A DNA stretch of 64,000 nt from an uncultured Chitinophaga sp. (GTDB lineage Bacteria > Bacteroidota > Bacteroidia > Chitinophagales > Chitinophagaceae), in NCBI GenBank assembly GCA_964652845.1, contig CAZZDQ010000005.1, positions 22,959-86,958 of the forward strand, written 5' to 3'. The translations under genes and the position numbers were made by a program. The notes under the pieces are model-generated. The model did not search any database. It was not told the origin of the DNA and saw nothing but the letters and a program-made list of their open reading frames with translations. Below, one piece after another: positions 1 through 8,508 of this stretch (positions are counted from its first letter, which is position 1; the number at the start of each line of letters is the position of its first letter).

Positions 1-2
1 TA

Positions 3-164
3 TCCTATATCCAGCTTGTAAATGGCGGGTTTGTTAATACCGTTATCCCGAAACAGAGTATCCTCTACCAGGAAATAAACGGAGATATGGAGACCCATAT
101 ACCCGCTGCTTCTGACAGGCAGAAAGTTTATGACTGGATAAGGACGGGAGCTCAAAATAATTAA
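3..164 (+). CDS. 3' end of a hypothetical protein (5'-truncated by the window edge)
   Basis: Open frame from base 3 to TAA at 162-164, ending ...KVYDWIRTGAQNN. This resembles the W-I-x-x-G-A-x-N-N C-terminus of small Bacteroidota exported/cytochrome-like proteins found next to DUF5777 genes (recalled, not verified). Confidence 0.55.
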   Translation, partial: SYIQLVNGGFVNTVIPKQSILYQEINGDMETHIPAASDRQKVYDWIRTGAQNN

Positions 165-185
165 TGACCCCAAAACCTAAATAAT

Positions 186-1175
186 ATGAAACGAATTATA
201 AATAAAATGAACCGCCTGCTGGTCTTACCTCTTTTCCTTGGAGCAGGCCTCATGGTAACATGCGTCTGCGGGTATGCCCAGGACAGCACACAGGTGCGGG
301 AGACTTCTAAGTCGGTCAAACCCAAACCGGTTAAGAATACTTTCCAGAGTATCTGGATCATCGACAACCAGACAGTGATGGTACCATTTAAAAAGACACT
401 TGAAATGGATATCATGCACCGCTTTGGTGTAATTGATAAAGGGTACAGGGATTTCTGGGGATTTTTTGCCCCTTCCGATATCCGTCTCGGGATCAATTAT
501 TCCCCGATCAATAATTTGAATGTGGGGATAGGGATTACGAAAAACAACATGTTACTGGATGGCAGTGCGAAATATGCCATCATCAAACAGACAAAAGGAA
601 AGTACCCGGTAAGTGCTACCTATTACGGGGATATGGCCATTACGACAAAAGAATGGGGCAATGCCGTTATTTATGACGGGAGTGAAATCAAACATAATAC
701 GGACAGGTTTTACTTCTTTCATCAGTTGATCATCGCCCGTAAGGTCACTAATAAATTGTCTGTTCAGGTCGGGCCAAGTCTCTCCCATCAGAACGCGGTG
801 TCCGGATATTATACCAAAAATGACAGTACAGGCACAGAAATATACCAATCCATGAAGCATGATCATTTTGCCATCGCTTTTTCCGCCCGGTATAAGATCA
901 CGGATGTGACGTCGGTGATGATCAACTACGATCAGCCGATCACAAAACACCCCAGCAACAATCCCAACCCCAACCTTTCCTTTGGCGTGGAGTTTAACAC
1001 CAGCAGCCACTCATTCCAGATATTTATGGGGAATTATTATAATCTGAATCCATCACAGAATAACCTGTTCAACCATAATAATCCCTTTACATATTCTGAC
1101 AATGTGACCAAGAATAAGGTGAAGGGTGGACAATTCCTGATCGGATTCAACATCACCAGGCTTTGGAACTATTAA
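186..1175 (+). CDS. DUF5777-family outer-membrane beta-barrel protein
   Basis: Signal peptide, HRFG...DIRLG motif, alternating beta-strand pattern, C-terminal GFNITRLW. Confidence 0.75.
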   Translation: MKRIINKMNRLLVLPLFLGAGLMVTCVCGYAQDSTQVRETSKSVKPKPVKNTFQSIWIIDNQTVMVPFKKTLEMDIMHRFGVIDKGYRDFWGFFAPSDIRLGINYSPINNLNVGIGITKNNMLLDGSAKYAIIKQTKGKYPVSATYYGDMAITTKEWGNAVIYDGSEIKHNTDRFYFFHQLIIARKVTNKLSVQVGPSLSHQNAVSGYYTKNDSTGTEIYQSMKHDHFAIAFSARYKITDVTSVMINYDQPITKHPSNNPNPNLSFGVEFNTSSHSFQIFMGNYYNLNPSQNNLFNHNNPFTYSDNVTKNKVKGGQFLIGFNITRLWNY

Positions 1176-1225
1176 AATCGTCCATTCACTTTCTATAAGT
1201 GATGTTAATCAGCAGAACCAAGAAG

Positions 1226-1258
1226 AACCCTGTAGTGAATCCCCATGCAGGGTTTCTT
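1226..1258 (+). terminator. Possible intrinsic terminator
   Basis: 9-bp stem aaccctgta/tgcagggtt followed by ttctt, downstream of the DUF5777 stop. Confidence 0.4.
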
Positions 1259-1307
1259 AATTTTACACGCCATCGGCTGTCTTGTTGCTGCGGATGAAAG
1301 GACATAC

Positions 1308-1829
1308 ATGAAAAAATACATTTCCCCTGCTTTGATATTTCTTTTGCCCATCCTTATCCTGGGAGGTTGTAAGGGGCATGCACCGTTACCCCGAAAAAAT
1401 AATATAAGCGGTCCCGGCGGGGATACCACGCTAACGCAATACATAAAACCACCGTCAGGATTTTCTGACACGCTTGTTATCGCAACAACGGCAGCCGTTT
1501 TTTTTAAACCGGATTCATTGCAGCTTGAAAAGATCCGTGCCATCAGGAAAAAAAATGAATATGAGACAGAAGTCCATAATTGTTATTTCCTGATGCGAAA
1601 TGCCCGGATGGTGCTCAGGCAGTACTGGCCCCGGGTTAATATGATTGATGCCACCAGGGTAAGGTACCTGTTATTCGTCAAACAGGACAACTCACAGGTT
1701 TGTATCGACCTCGACCAGAAAGGGGATTCCTGCGGGATCTTTCTATTTGATAAGAAAAAGCAACCCGTATTTACCGACATGATGAATATTGATACGGATC
1801 TTGGTTTCTATTTCGGAAAGAAAGAATAA
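1308..1829 (+). CDS. Hypothetical lipoprotein
   Basis: Start chosen at MKKYISPALIF (ATG 1308); lipobox ILGGC. Confidence 0.75.
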   Translation: MKKYISPALIFLLPILILGGCKGHAPLPRKNNISGPGGDTTLTQYIKPPSGFSDTLVIATTAAVFFKPDSLQLEKIRAIRKKNEYETEVHNCYFLMRNARMVLRQYWPRVNMIDATRVRYLLFVKQDNSQVCIDLDQKGDSCGIFLFDKKKQPVFTDMMNIDTDLGFYFGKKE

Positions 1830-1870
1830 AGACCGGCTCCTTTATTGATAGTGAATGGGAATTTATGCTA

Positions 1871-1886
1871 TATGATCAAAATCATA
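1871..1886. promoter_or_regulatory. CRP/FNR-like palindrome TATGAT-CAAA-ATCATA
   Basis: Perfect 6-4-6 dyad about 100 bp upstream of the cytochrome c gene; resembles FNR TTGAT-N4-ATCAA; repeated at 2528. Confidence 0.55.
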
Positions 1887-1984
1887 GAATCGGCTTACAA
1901 CCATCAAGGTGAAAAAAACATCTCTATATTACTTTGCCAGTGACTGATTCTTAAGAGCGTTCTTTTAATCAATAAAAAATCAAT

Positions 1985-2401
1985 ATGAAAAAAAATCTGA
2001 TCACTTCGATTCTGATCCTGGCCGCCGGCATTTTCCTGGCAGGCATCACCAGCGGGTTCACTCCCTATCAGAAGAAACCCTGGCTCGTACCCGATGCAGC
2101 CAAAAACAAGAAAAATTCCATAGCATCCAATGCTGAATCTATCAATGCAGGCAAGACCCTCTGGAGCACACATTGTAAATCATGCCATGGTGCCAAGGGC
2201 ATGGGCGATGGACCCAAGGCTTCCCAGTTAAAAACTGAGCCCGGTGATTTTTCCAAGGCCGATGTGCAGGCGGAAACCGACGGTTCCTGGTTCTATAAGA
2301 TATCTGAAGGCAGGGATGATATGCCAAAGTTCAAACAAAAGATACCGGATGATGATGACCGCTGGAACCTGGTCAATTTTATGAGAACATTGAAACATTA
2401 A
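1985..2401 (+). CDS. Class I monoheme c-type cytochrome
   Basis: Signal peptide, CKSCH heme-binding motif, distal Met in DDMPKF. Confidence 0.9.
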   Translation: MKKNLITSILILAAGIFLAGITSGFTPYQKKPWLVPDAAKNKKNSIASNAESINAGKTLWSTHCKSCHGAKGMGDGPKASQLKTEPGDFSKADVQAETDGSWFYKISEGRDDMPKFKQKIPDDDDRWNLVNFMRTLKH

Positions 2402-2459
2402 AATGATATTCTTATAATATACCCGGAGAACCAGCCTATAATTTGCCGGTTACTTTATT

Positions 2460-2496
2460 AAGGTTGCCAATCTTTAAAAGGTTGGCAACCTTTTTT
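2460..2496 (+). terminator. Intrinsic terminator
   Basis: 11-bp perfect stem aaggttgccaa/ttggcaacctt followed by a T run. Confidence 0.75.
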
Positions 2497-2527
2497 CATT
2501 CTATGGATCAGCAACCCTTTTTCACGA

Positions 2528-2541
2528 ATGATTAAAATCAT
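2528..2541. promoter_or_regulatory. CRP/FNR-like palindrome ATGAT-TAAA-ATCAT
   Basis: Second copy of the dyad, about 70 bp upstream of the FeS/NrfD operon. Confidence 0.55.
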
Positions 2542-2609
2542 ATTGCCGGGTGACCGAAATAACAAAACCACGGTATGTTCCCGACTACTTTTAGTTTTCA
2601 AATCAAGCT

Positions 2610-2867
2610 ATGCAACAGAACAATCCAACCACTCCCCGTAAAAAATTTCTCTGGTGGGGAGCTGCAGCATTAGGATCATTCGCCATTCTGAAATTCAGTT
2701 TCAGACGGAAGAAAGAAAAAAAGGAAATGGTGAAAATGCTGACACAGGACGGCCGGCTGGTGGAAATCGACAGATCCCTCCTGGCAGCAGGAAGCAAAAA
2801 GATCACGAATGAAGAACTGCAGCAATGGGTCAATAAAAAATCTTCACAATCCAAAAACCAATTCTGA
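2610..2867 (+). CDS. Small membrane-anchored protein resembling the N-terminus of the downstream FeS subunit
   Basis: PRKKFL plus a hydrophobic stretch, then VKMLTQDGRLVEID; stop overlaps the next ATG (TGATG). Confidence 0.8.
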   Translation: MQQNNPTTPRKKFLWWGAAALGSFAILKFSFRRKKEKKEMVKMLTQDGRLVEIDRSLLAAGSKKITNEELQQWVNKKSSQSKNQF

Positions 2868-3829
2868 TGAGCTGTCATTGCAACGGAGAATGTCCGAAAA
2901 ATTCAAGAAGGGAGTTCCTGCTGACCGGCTTGCTGGCCACAGCGACAGCCGCCGTAGGTTGCGGTGATCATGATAACCCTTTCGAGCCGCAGGATAAAGT
3001 GGCACTGACGGGTGAAAAGGTAAAACTTCTGTCGGTAAATGGGGAAGTGATCGAGGTGGACAAAGCTTTTCTTAAACCTGTGCCGGATGCAGTCAAGCTT
3101 TCCAACAGCCAGGAAAGAAAAGGAATGCCCGGTAAAAAATTTGTCATGGTCATCGACCTGAGCCGCTGCAAGAATCTGAAAAAATGCCAGGCTGCCTGCA
3201 ATCATATGCACCATATTCACCCGGGGCAAAACTGGATAAAAGTTTATGGTATGCACGATGCTGATCACACTGCTCCTTACTGGCAGCCCACCACCTGTAT
3301 GCATTGTGATGAGCCGCCCTGTGTGAAAGTATGCCCTGTTGATGCCACGTTCAAACGCCAGGACGGGATCGTGCTGATCGACAGCAACCGCTGTATCGGT
3401 TGCCGTTTCTGTATGGCCGCCTGCCCCTATTCAACCCGTGTATTCAATTGGGAAAAACCTGACCTGCCAAAGGAAATTGCTGATCAGCCTTATTCCTGCG
3501 AAACAAGTACACCCCAGAAAAAAGGAACCGTTGGCAAATGCGATTTCTGCCCGGATATGGTCAGAAAAGGAGAACTGCCGCACTGCGTCTCTGCCTGCCC
3601 CAACGGCGTGTTCCTGTTCGGGGATATGAATGAGGATTCTGTGACGAATGGAGCTGAGACCTATCGTTTCAGCGACCTGATCAGGGATAAATCGGGATAC
3701 CGGCTGATGGAAGACCTGGGCACAAAGCCCAGTGTGTATTACCTGCCGCCGGTAAGCAGGAATTTCCCTTACGAATCCGGGCTGGAGAACCAGCAGGAAT
3801 CAGATAAAAAGGAAAATCAATATAAATAA
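2867..3829 (+). CDS. 4Fe-4S dicluster electron-transfer subunit (NrfC/DmsB/PsrB family), Tat lipoprotein
   Basis: SRREFL twin-arginine motif, AVGC lipobox, motifs CMHCDEPPCVKVCP, CIGCRFCMAACP and CDFC...CVSACP. Confidence 0.92.
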   Translation: MSCHCNGECPKNSRREFLLTGLLATATAAVGCGDHDNPFEPQDKVALTGEKVKLLSVNGEVIEVDKAFLKPVPDAVKLSNSQERKGMPGKKFVMVIDLSRCKNLKKCQAACNHMHHIHPGQNWIKVYGMHDADHTAPYWQPTTCMHCDEPPCVKVCPVDATFKRQDGIVLIDSNRCIGCRFCMAACPYSTRVFNWEKPDLPKEIADQPYSCETSTPQKKGTVGKCDFCPDMVRKGELPHCVSACPNGVFLFGDMNEDSVTNGAETYRFSDLIRDKSGYRLMEDLGTKPSVYYLPPVSRNFPYESGLENQQESDKKENQYK

Positions 3830-3835
3830 GTAACC

Positions 3836-5161
3836 GTGGAAAATGTAACCATCCCCCTGACCGGCAATGAACAGATCACCCGTGATCTGCTGCCTCAAAA
3901 ATTCGGCATGCGCGGCAAGATATGGACAGCTACCCTGGTACTGATCTGCCTGGTGGGTGTCTTTGCATATTATAAACAATTAAGAAGGGGACTGGCGGTC
4001 ACCCATATGCGGGATTATGTATCGTGGGGCATTTATATTTCCAACTTTGTGTTCTTTGTAGCCATCAGCCTCGTGGGCTCGCTGATCACCGCCATTTTCA
4101 GGCTGGGCAATGTGCAATGGCGTACACCACTGACCCGTATTGCCGAGATCATCGCAGTATCCGCAATTATTTTTGCTTCCATTATCATTATCGTGGATAT
4201 GGGACGCCCGGAAAGACTGGTAAACCTGGTTTCACATGGCCGCCTGCAATCACCCATTACCTGGGATGTCATCGTGATCGGCACTTATTTCTTTATCAGC
4301 CTCCTGTTGTTATATATCCCCCTGCTTCCTGACCTGAAAATTCTGAATGACAATAGGGACAAATACCCAAAATGGCAATATAAAATTTACCGTTTCCTGG
4401 GTTCTTTCTGGAAAAACAAAAAGGAACAGGCCAGGATCAGTCACCGGTCCATCATTGTACTCAGCATCATGATCATTCCCGTGGCTTTTTCCATTCACAC
4501 GGTCACTTCCTGGTTGTTTGCCACTACCTACCGGCCGGGGTGGGACAGCACCAATTTCGGCGCCTATTTTGTTTCGGGTGCTTTCCTGGTGGGTGCCGGC
4601 GGGGTTGTGGTGGCCATGTATGTTTTCAGGAAATATTATCATCTTGAAAAGTACATTACCCAAAAACATTTTGACCACATGGGTAAGGCCGTGGTATTGC
4701 TGGCTTTTCTTTATCTCTATTTTAATATCAATGAATACCTGGTCCCGGCCTTTAAAATGAAAAAACCCGAGCAGGCACACCTCCATAATCTGTTTGCAGG
4801 TGAATTTGCTCCCCTTTTCTGGTTTGCCATCCTGGTGGGAATGATCATTCCCATCATCATCATGATCAACAAAAAAGGCAGAAAGCCGTTTCCTATGTTC
4901 ATTGCCGGTATCATGGTGGTTGTCGGGGCCTGGTTCAAAAGATACCTGATCGTAACGCCAACCCTGCTGCACCCGTTTCTCCCCATGCAGGATGTACCGG
5001 ACAGCTTCAAACACTATTTCCCGAGCTGGGAAGAATGGGCCATTGCCATGGGCTCCCTGGCAGGCGCCCTGCTGATCATCACCATATTTGTGAGATTGTT
5101 TCCCATTATTCCAATTGAAGAAACCATAACTGAACAACATGAAAAAACTGTATTACAATAA
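3836..5161 (+). CDS. NrfD/PsrC-family polytopic membrane subunit
   Basis: WGIYISNFVFF, DMGRPER and SPITWD motifs; many TM helices; GTG start. Confidence 0.92.
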   Translation: MENVTIPLTGNEQITRDLLPQKFGMRGKIWTATLVLICLVGVFAYYKQLRRGLAVTHMRDYVSWGIYISNFVFFVAISLVGSLITAIFRLGNVQWRTPLTRIAEIIAVSAIIFASIIIIVDMGRPERLVNLVSHGRLQSPITWDVIVIGTYFFISLLLLYIPLLPDLKILNDNRDKYPKWQYKIYRFLGSFWKNKKEQARISHRSIIVLSIMIIPVAFSIHTVTSWLFATTYRPGWDSTNFGAYFVSGAFLVGAGGVVVAMYVFRKYYHLEKYITQKHFDHMGKAVVLLAFLYLYFNINEYLVPAFKMKKPEQAHLHNLFAGEFAPLFWFAILVGMIIPIIIMINKKGRKPFPMFIAGIMVVVGAWFKRYLIVTPTLLHPFLPMQDVPDSFKHYFPSWEEWAIAMGSLAGALLIITIFVRLFPIIPIEETITEQHEKTVLQ

Positions 5162-6020
5162 AACTTTTTTTCTGCTGGGTGTCTTGCTATTGTTTGCACC
5201 CCCGGCCATTTTTGCCCAGAAAGACTCTGTTCCGGCTACGCCGGTATTGAAATTGCATTATTTCAATTATAATAATAACCAGCAGTATGTATTGCTGGAA
5301 AGCAAACTGAAGAGAGGAAAAATATTCACACCGAATGGAAATATAGCGTATGAGATCTATCTGGACACAGGCAGGACAGAGAACCTGGTAAGTAAAGTAA
5401 AAACGGATGAGGCAGGGATGGCCAAAGCATTTCTTCCGCCCGTTTTAAAATCCATATGGGATGCCAAAGCGCAGCATACGTTCATACTGAAACAGGGGGA
5501 TGAAGAACTGATCACGGATTATATGATCAGCAAATCGAAGATTGATATAGATACTTCATCCTCCGAGGGGGTAAGGAATATCACTGTTACGGTGAAAAAA
5601 ATGGATAACAACAACTGGGTCCCCGCAAAAGATGTGGAAATGAAGGTCGGTTACAAACGGCTGGGCAGTATTCTTTCTGCGGGGGAAAATGATACTTATA
5701 CCACCGATTCGACAGGTAGTGTGACCGTAGAAGTGAAAAAGGATAGTCTGCCCGGGGATGAAAAGGGAAATATCATCCTTGCTGCCCGTGCCGATGACAA
5801 TGAACTGCTGGGGAATCTTGTGGCTGAAAGAATCGTTCCCTGGGGAAGGATCACAAAAATGGATAAGGCCTTCTTTGATAAAAGAACACTCTGGACCACC
5901 CGCAACAGGACACCTGCCTGGCTATTATTACTGGCTTATTCTATAGTGTTAGCTGTTTGGGGCACACTGATCTATCTTATCATTCAACTGGTACGGATCA
6001 AAAAAATGGGCTCATCATAA
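5139..6020 (+). CDS. Hypothetical exported protein with a C-terminal TM anchor
   Basis: Signal peptide, beta-rich body, hydrophobic C-terminal helix; overlaps the NrfD-like stop, so it is co-transcribed. Confidence 0.75.
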   Translation: MKKLYYNKTFFLLGVLLLFAPPAIFAQKDSVPATPVLKLHYFNYNNNQQYVLLESKLKRGKIFTPNGNIAYEIYLDTGRTENLVSKVKTDEAGMAKAFLPPVLKSIWDAKAQHTFILKQGDEELITDYMISKSKIDIDTSSSEGVRNITVTVKKMDNNNWVPAKDVEMKVGYKRLGSILSAGENDTYTTDSTGSVTVEVKKDSLPGDEKGNIILAARADDNELLGNLVAERIVPWGRITKMDKAFFDKRTLWTTRNRTPAWLLLLAYSIVLAVWGTLIYLIIQLVRIKKMGSS

Positions 6021-6138
6021 CAAACCATTTCATTTAATCAACAGCCGTTGTTTTTCTTTTTCTCCTGAAAATGAATAAAGGAGAATGTCCTGTTCGATCA
6101 TTGGCAATTGAACCCGTATTTATTCCTATTTTTATCGA

Positions 6139-7368
6139 ATGGCTAATGACAGGAAACCCGCGGTGGGATTTATTTTTGTTACGGTATTGATTGATGTAAT
6201 GGGCTTTGGGCTGATCATACCGGTGATGCCGAAACTGATCTCGCAGCTCAATCATATTGATGTCAACCTGGCCAGCCCGAAAGGGGGGTTACTGACCTCG
6301 GTGTATGCCGTGATGCAATTTTTATTTGCCCCTGTAATGGGTAACCTGAGCGACCGGTACGGCAGGCGTCCGGTCTTATTGCTTTCCCTTTTGGCTTTTG
6401 GCCTGGATTATCTCATTCTGAGCTGGGCGCCCAGCTATGACTGGTTATTTGTCGGAAGGGTGATCGCCGGCATTACGGGTGCTACATTCACAACCGCATC
6501 TGCTTATATAGCCGATATCAGCACACCGGAGACCAGGGCAAAGAATTTCGGGGTGGTAGGCGCCGCATTCGGATTGGGTTTCGTCATTGGCCCGGTATTG
6601 GGGGGACTCATCGCCCGCTTTGGCCTGCGGGCACCTTTCATTTCTGCCGCCATACTTTGTTTTCTTAATTTTTTATACGGGTATTTTATATTACCTGAAT
6701 CGTTGCCCCTGACCAGGAGAAGGAAATTCGAACTGATGAAGGCAAATCCTTTCGGTTCCTTTAAATTATTACAACGTTTTCCCGTGGTAGGCCGCCTGGC
6801 CATCAGTTATTTCCTGATCTACCTGGCTTTCCAGGCGGTTCAGGGCAACTGGAATTTCTTCACAGCCTACCGGTTCAAATGGGATGAAAGCATGATCGGC
6901 ATTTCGCTTGGCCTGGTAGGCGTACTGGTGGCGTTGGTTCAAACCGTGGTACTAAAAAAAGCGCATGCCACTTATGGCAACGAAAAAAGTTTATACGCGG
7001 GCTTCACTTTTTATACCCTGGGATTATTCTTATTTGCTTTTGCATGGCAAAGCTGGATGATGTTCGCTTTCCTGGTTCCCTATTGCCTCGGAGGACTGGC
7101 CGGCCCATCCCTCCAGGGTGTATTGGCCAAACATGTGCCGCCCAATGAACAGGGAGCACTTCAGGGGGCCCTCACAGCGCTGATGAGTTTATCCACCATC
7201 ATTGGGCCGTTGCTCATGACCAATGCATTCAAGTATTTTACAACCAGCAAGGCACCCTTTCAGTTTCCAGGGGTATCCTTTTTCATTGGTGGGCTAATGA
7301 TGCTGGGGGCTGGCATTAATGCTTACCTGCTGTTGACAAAAGAAAAAAAAATATCCGTTGCAGCCTGA
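6139..7368 (+). CDS. TCR/Tet-family MFS transporter
   Basis: GNLSDRYGRRPVLL motif A; about 12 TM helices. Confidence 0.9.
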   Translation: MANDRKPAVGFIFVTVLIDVMGFGLIIPVMPKLISQLNHIDVNLASPKGGLLTSVYAVMQFLFAPVMGNLSDRYGRRPVLLLSLLAFGLDYLILSWAPSYDWLFVGRVIAGITGATFTTASAYIADISTPETRAKNFGVVGAAFGLGFVIGPVLGGLIARFGLRAPFISAAILCFLNFLYGYFILPESLPLTRRRKFELMKANPFGSFKLLQRFPVVGRLAISYFLIYLAFQAVQGNWNFFTAYRFKWDESMIGISLGLVGVLVALVQTVVLKKAHATYGNEKSLYAGFTFYTLGLFLFAFAWQSWMMFAFLVPYCLGGLAGPSLQGVLAKHVPPNEQGALQGALTALMSLSTIIGPLLMTNAFKYFTTSKAPFQFPGVSFFIGGLMMLGAGINAYLLLTKEKKISVAA

Positions 7369-7380
7369 GACATTTATTTT

Positions 7381-8508
7381 ATGCCTGTCAAAAAAACAGA
7401 TATTGAAAATTTTTTATTATTGGCGAAGACCTGCCCAGTGATCGATGTGCGCAGTCCCGCTGAATACAAACATGCGCATATTCCAGGGGCGATGAATATT
7501 CCTCTCTTTGACGACGAGGAAAGAAAGATCGTAGGTACCCTTTACAAACAACGCAGCCGGGAAGAAGCTATTAAAAAAGGATTGGAATTCTTCGGACCGA
7601 AAATGAGGAAGATCGTGGAGGAGGCTGAAGTAATTTGCAATAGGCAATATGCAATCAGCATGGAGCGAAAAGACCAAGAGGGAAAAAATTTGCCAATTGC
7701 CAATTGCCTGTTGATCTACTGCTGGAGAGGAGGCATGCGGAGCGCCGCGATTGCCTGGTTGCTGGGTCTCTATGGATTTACCGTATTGACCCTGACCGGC
7801 GGGTACAAATCGTTTCGCCGGTTCGCGCTGCAAATTTTCAGCCAGCCCGTCCATTTGCAAATCCTGGGAGGATACACCGGCTCTGGTAAAACCGAATTGC
7901 TGAAAGCATTGCAGCAAAGAGGGGAACATATCATTGACCTGGAAGATTTGGCTAAACACAAAGGTTCTGCATTCGGAAATATCGGGATGCCTGCCCAGCC
8001 TGGCCAGGAAATGTTTGAGAATTTACTGGCAGTTGAATTACACAAAATAATCACGAATTTCCGATCCCGCATCGCGGATCCCGAATCCCGAATATGGCTC
8101 GAAGACGAAAGCCAGCGTATCGGGCTGGTGAATATTCCCAATGATTGGTGGGCAACCATGCGTCGTTCTCCTGTCTGTTTCCTTGATATCCCTTTTGAAG
8201 AAAGACTGAAAAATATCGTGCATGAATACGGGTCGCTGGATAGAAAAGGCCTGGTGGATGCGATCGGAAGAATAAAAGATAAATTGGGGGGACAGCACGC
8301 CAAAGAAGCAACCAACCTGCTGGAAGAGGGAAATACGATAGAAAGTTTCCGCATCCTGCTGAAATATTACGATAAATTATACGCAAAGTCCCTGTACAAT
8401 CGGGCTAATGCAAATTCGTTATTACATATTGTGCACTGTAAAGGTGTCACTGTTGAAAATGCCATTATCCTTTCTGAATTTTCCTTGCAACAGCCTTTGC
8501 CGGTATAG
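7381..8508 (+). CDS. mnmH: tRNA 2-selenouridine synthase
   Basis: Rhodanese domain (IDVRSPAEY...HIPGA, YCWRGGMRS) plus P-loop GYTGSGKT and HKGSAFG, typical of SelU/MnmH. Confidence 0.93.
   Translation: MPVKKTDIENFLLLAKTCPVIDVRSPAEYKHAHIPGAMNIPLFDDEERKIVGTLYKQRSREEAIKKGLEFFGPKMRKIVEEAEVICNRQYAISMERKDQEGKNLPIANCLLIYCWRGGMRSAAIAWLLGLYGFTVLTLTGGYKSFRRFALQIFSQPVHLQILGGYTGSGKTELLKALQQRGEHIIDLEDLAKHKGSAFGNIGMPAQPGQEMFENLLAVELHKIITNFRSRIADPESRIWLEDESQRIGLVNIPNDWWATMRRSPVCFLDIPFEERLKNIVHEYGSLDRKGLVDAIGRIKDKLGGQHAKEATNLLEEGNTIESFRILLKYYDKLYAKSLYNRANANSLLHIVHCKGVTVENAIILSEFSLQQPLPV
7637..7710. repeat. Inverted heptamer arrays inside the selU coding sequence
   Basis: gcaatag-gcaatat-gcaatca ... ttgccaa-ttgccaa-ttgcctg. 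Confidence 0.7.
8051..8092 (+). repeat. Six degenerate tandem heptamers inside selU
   Basis: tcacgaa tttccga tcccgca tcgcgga tcccgaa tcccgaa (42 nt, in frame). Confidence 0.75.

Noticed and set aside
6139-7368. Acquired tetracycline-resistance gene
   Set aside because: There is no tetR, mobile element or compositional anomaly; it looks like a generic chromosomal TCR-family MFS transporter.
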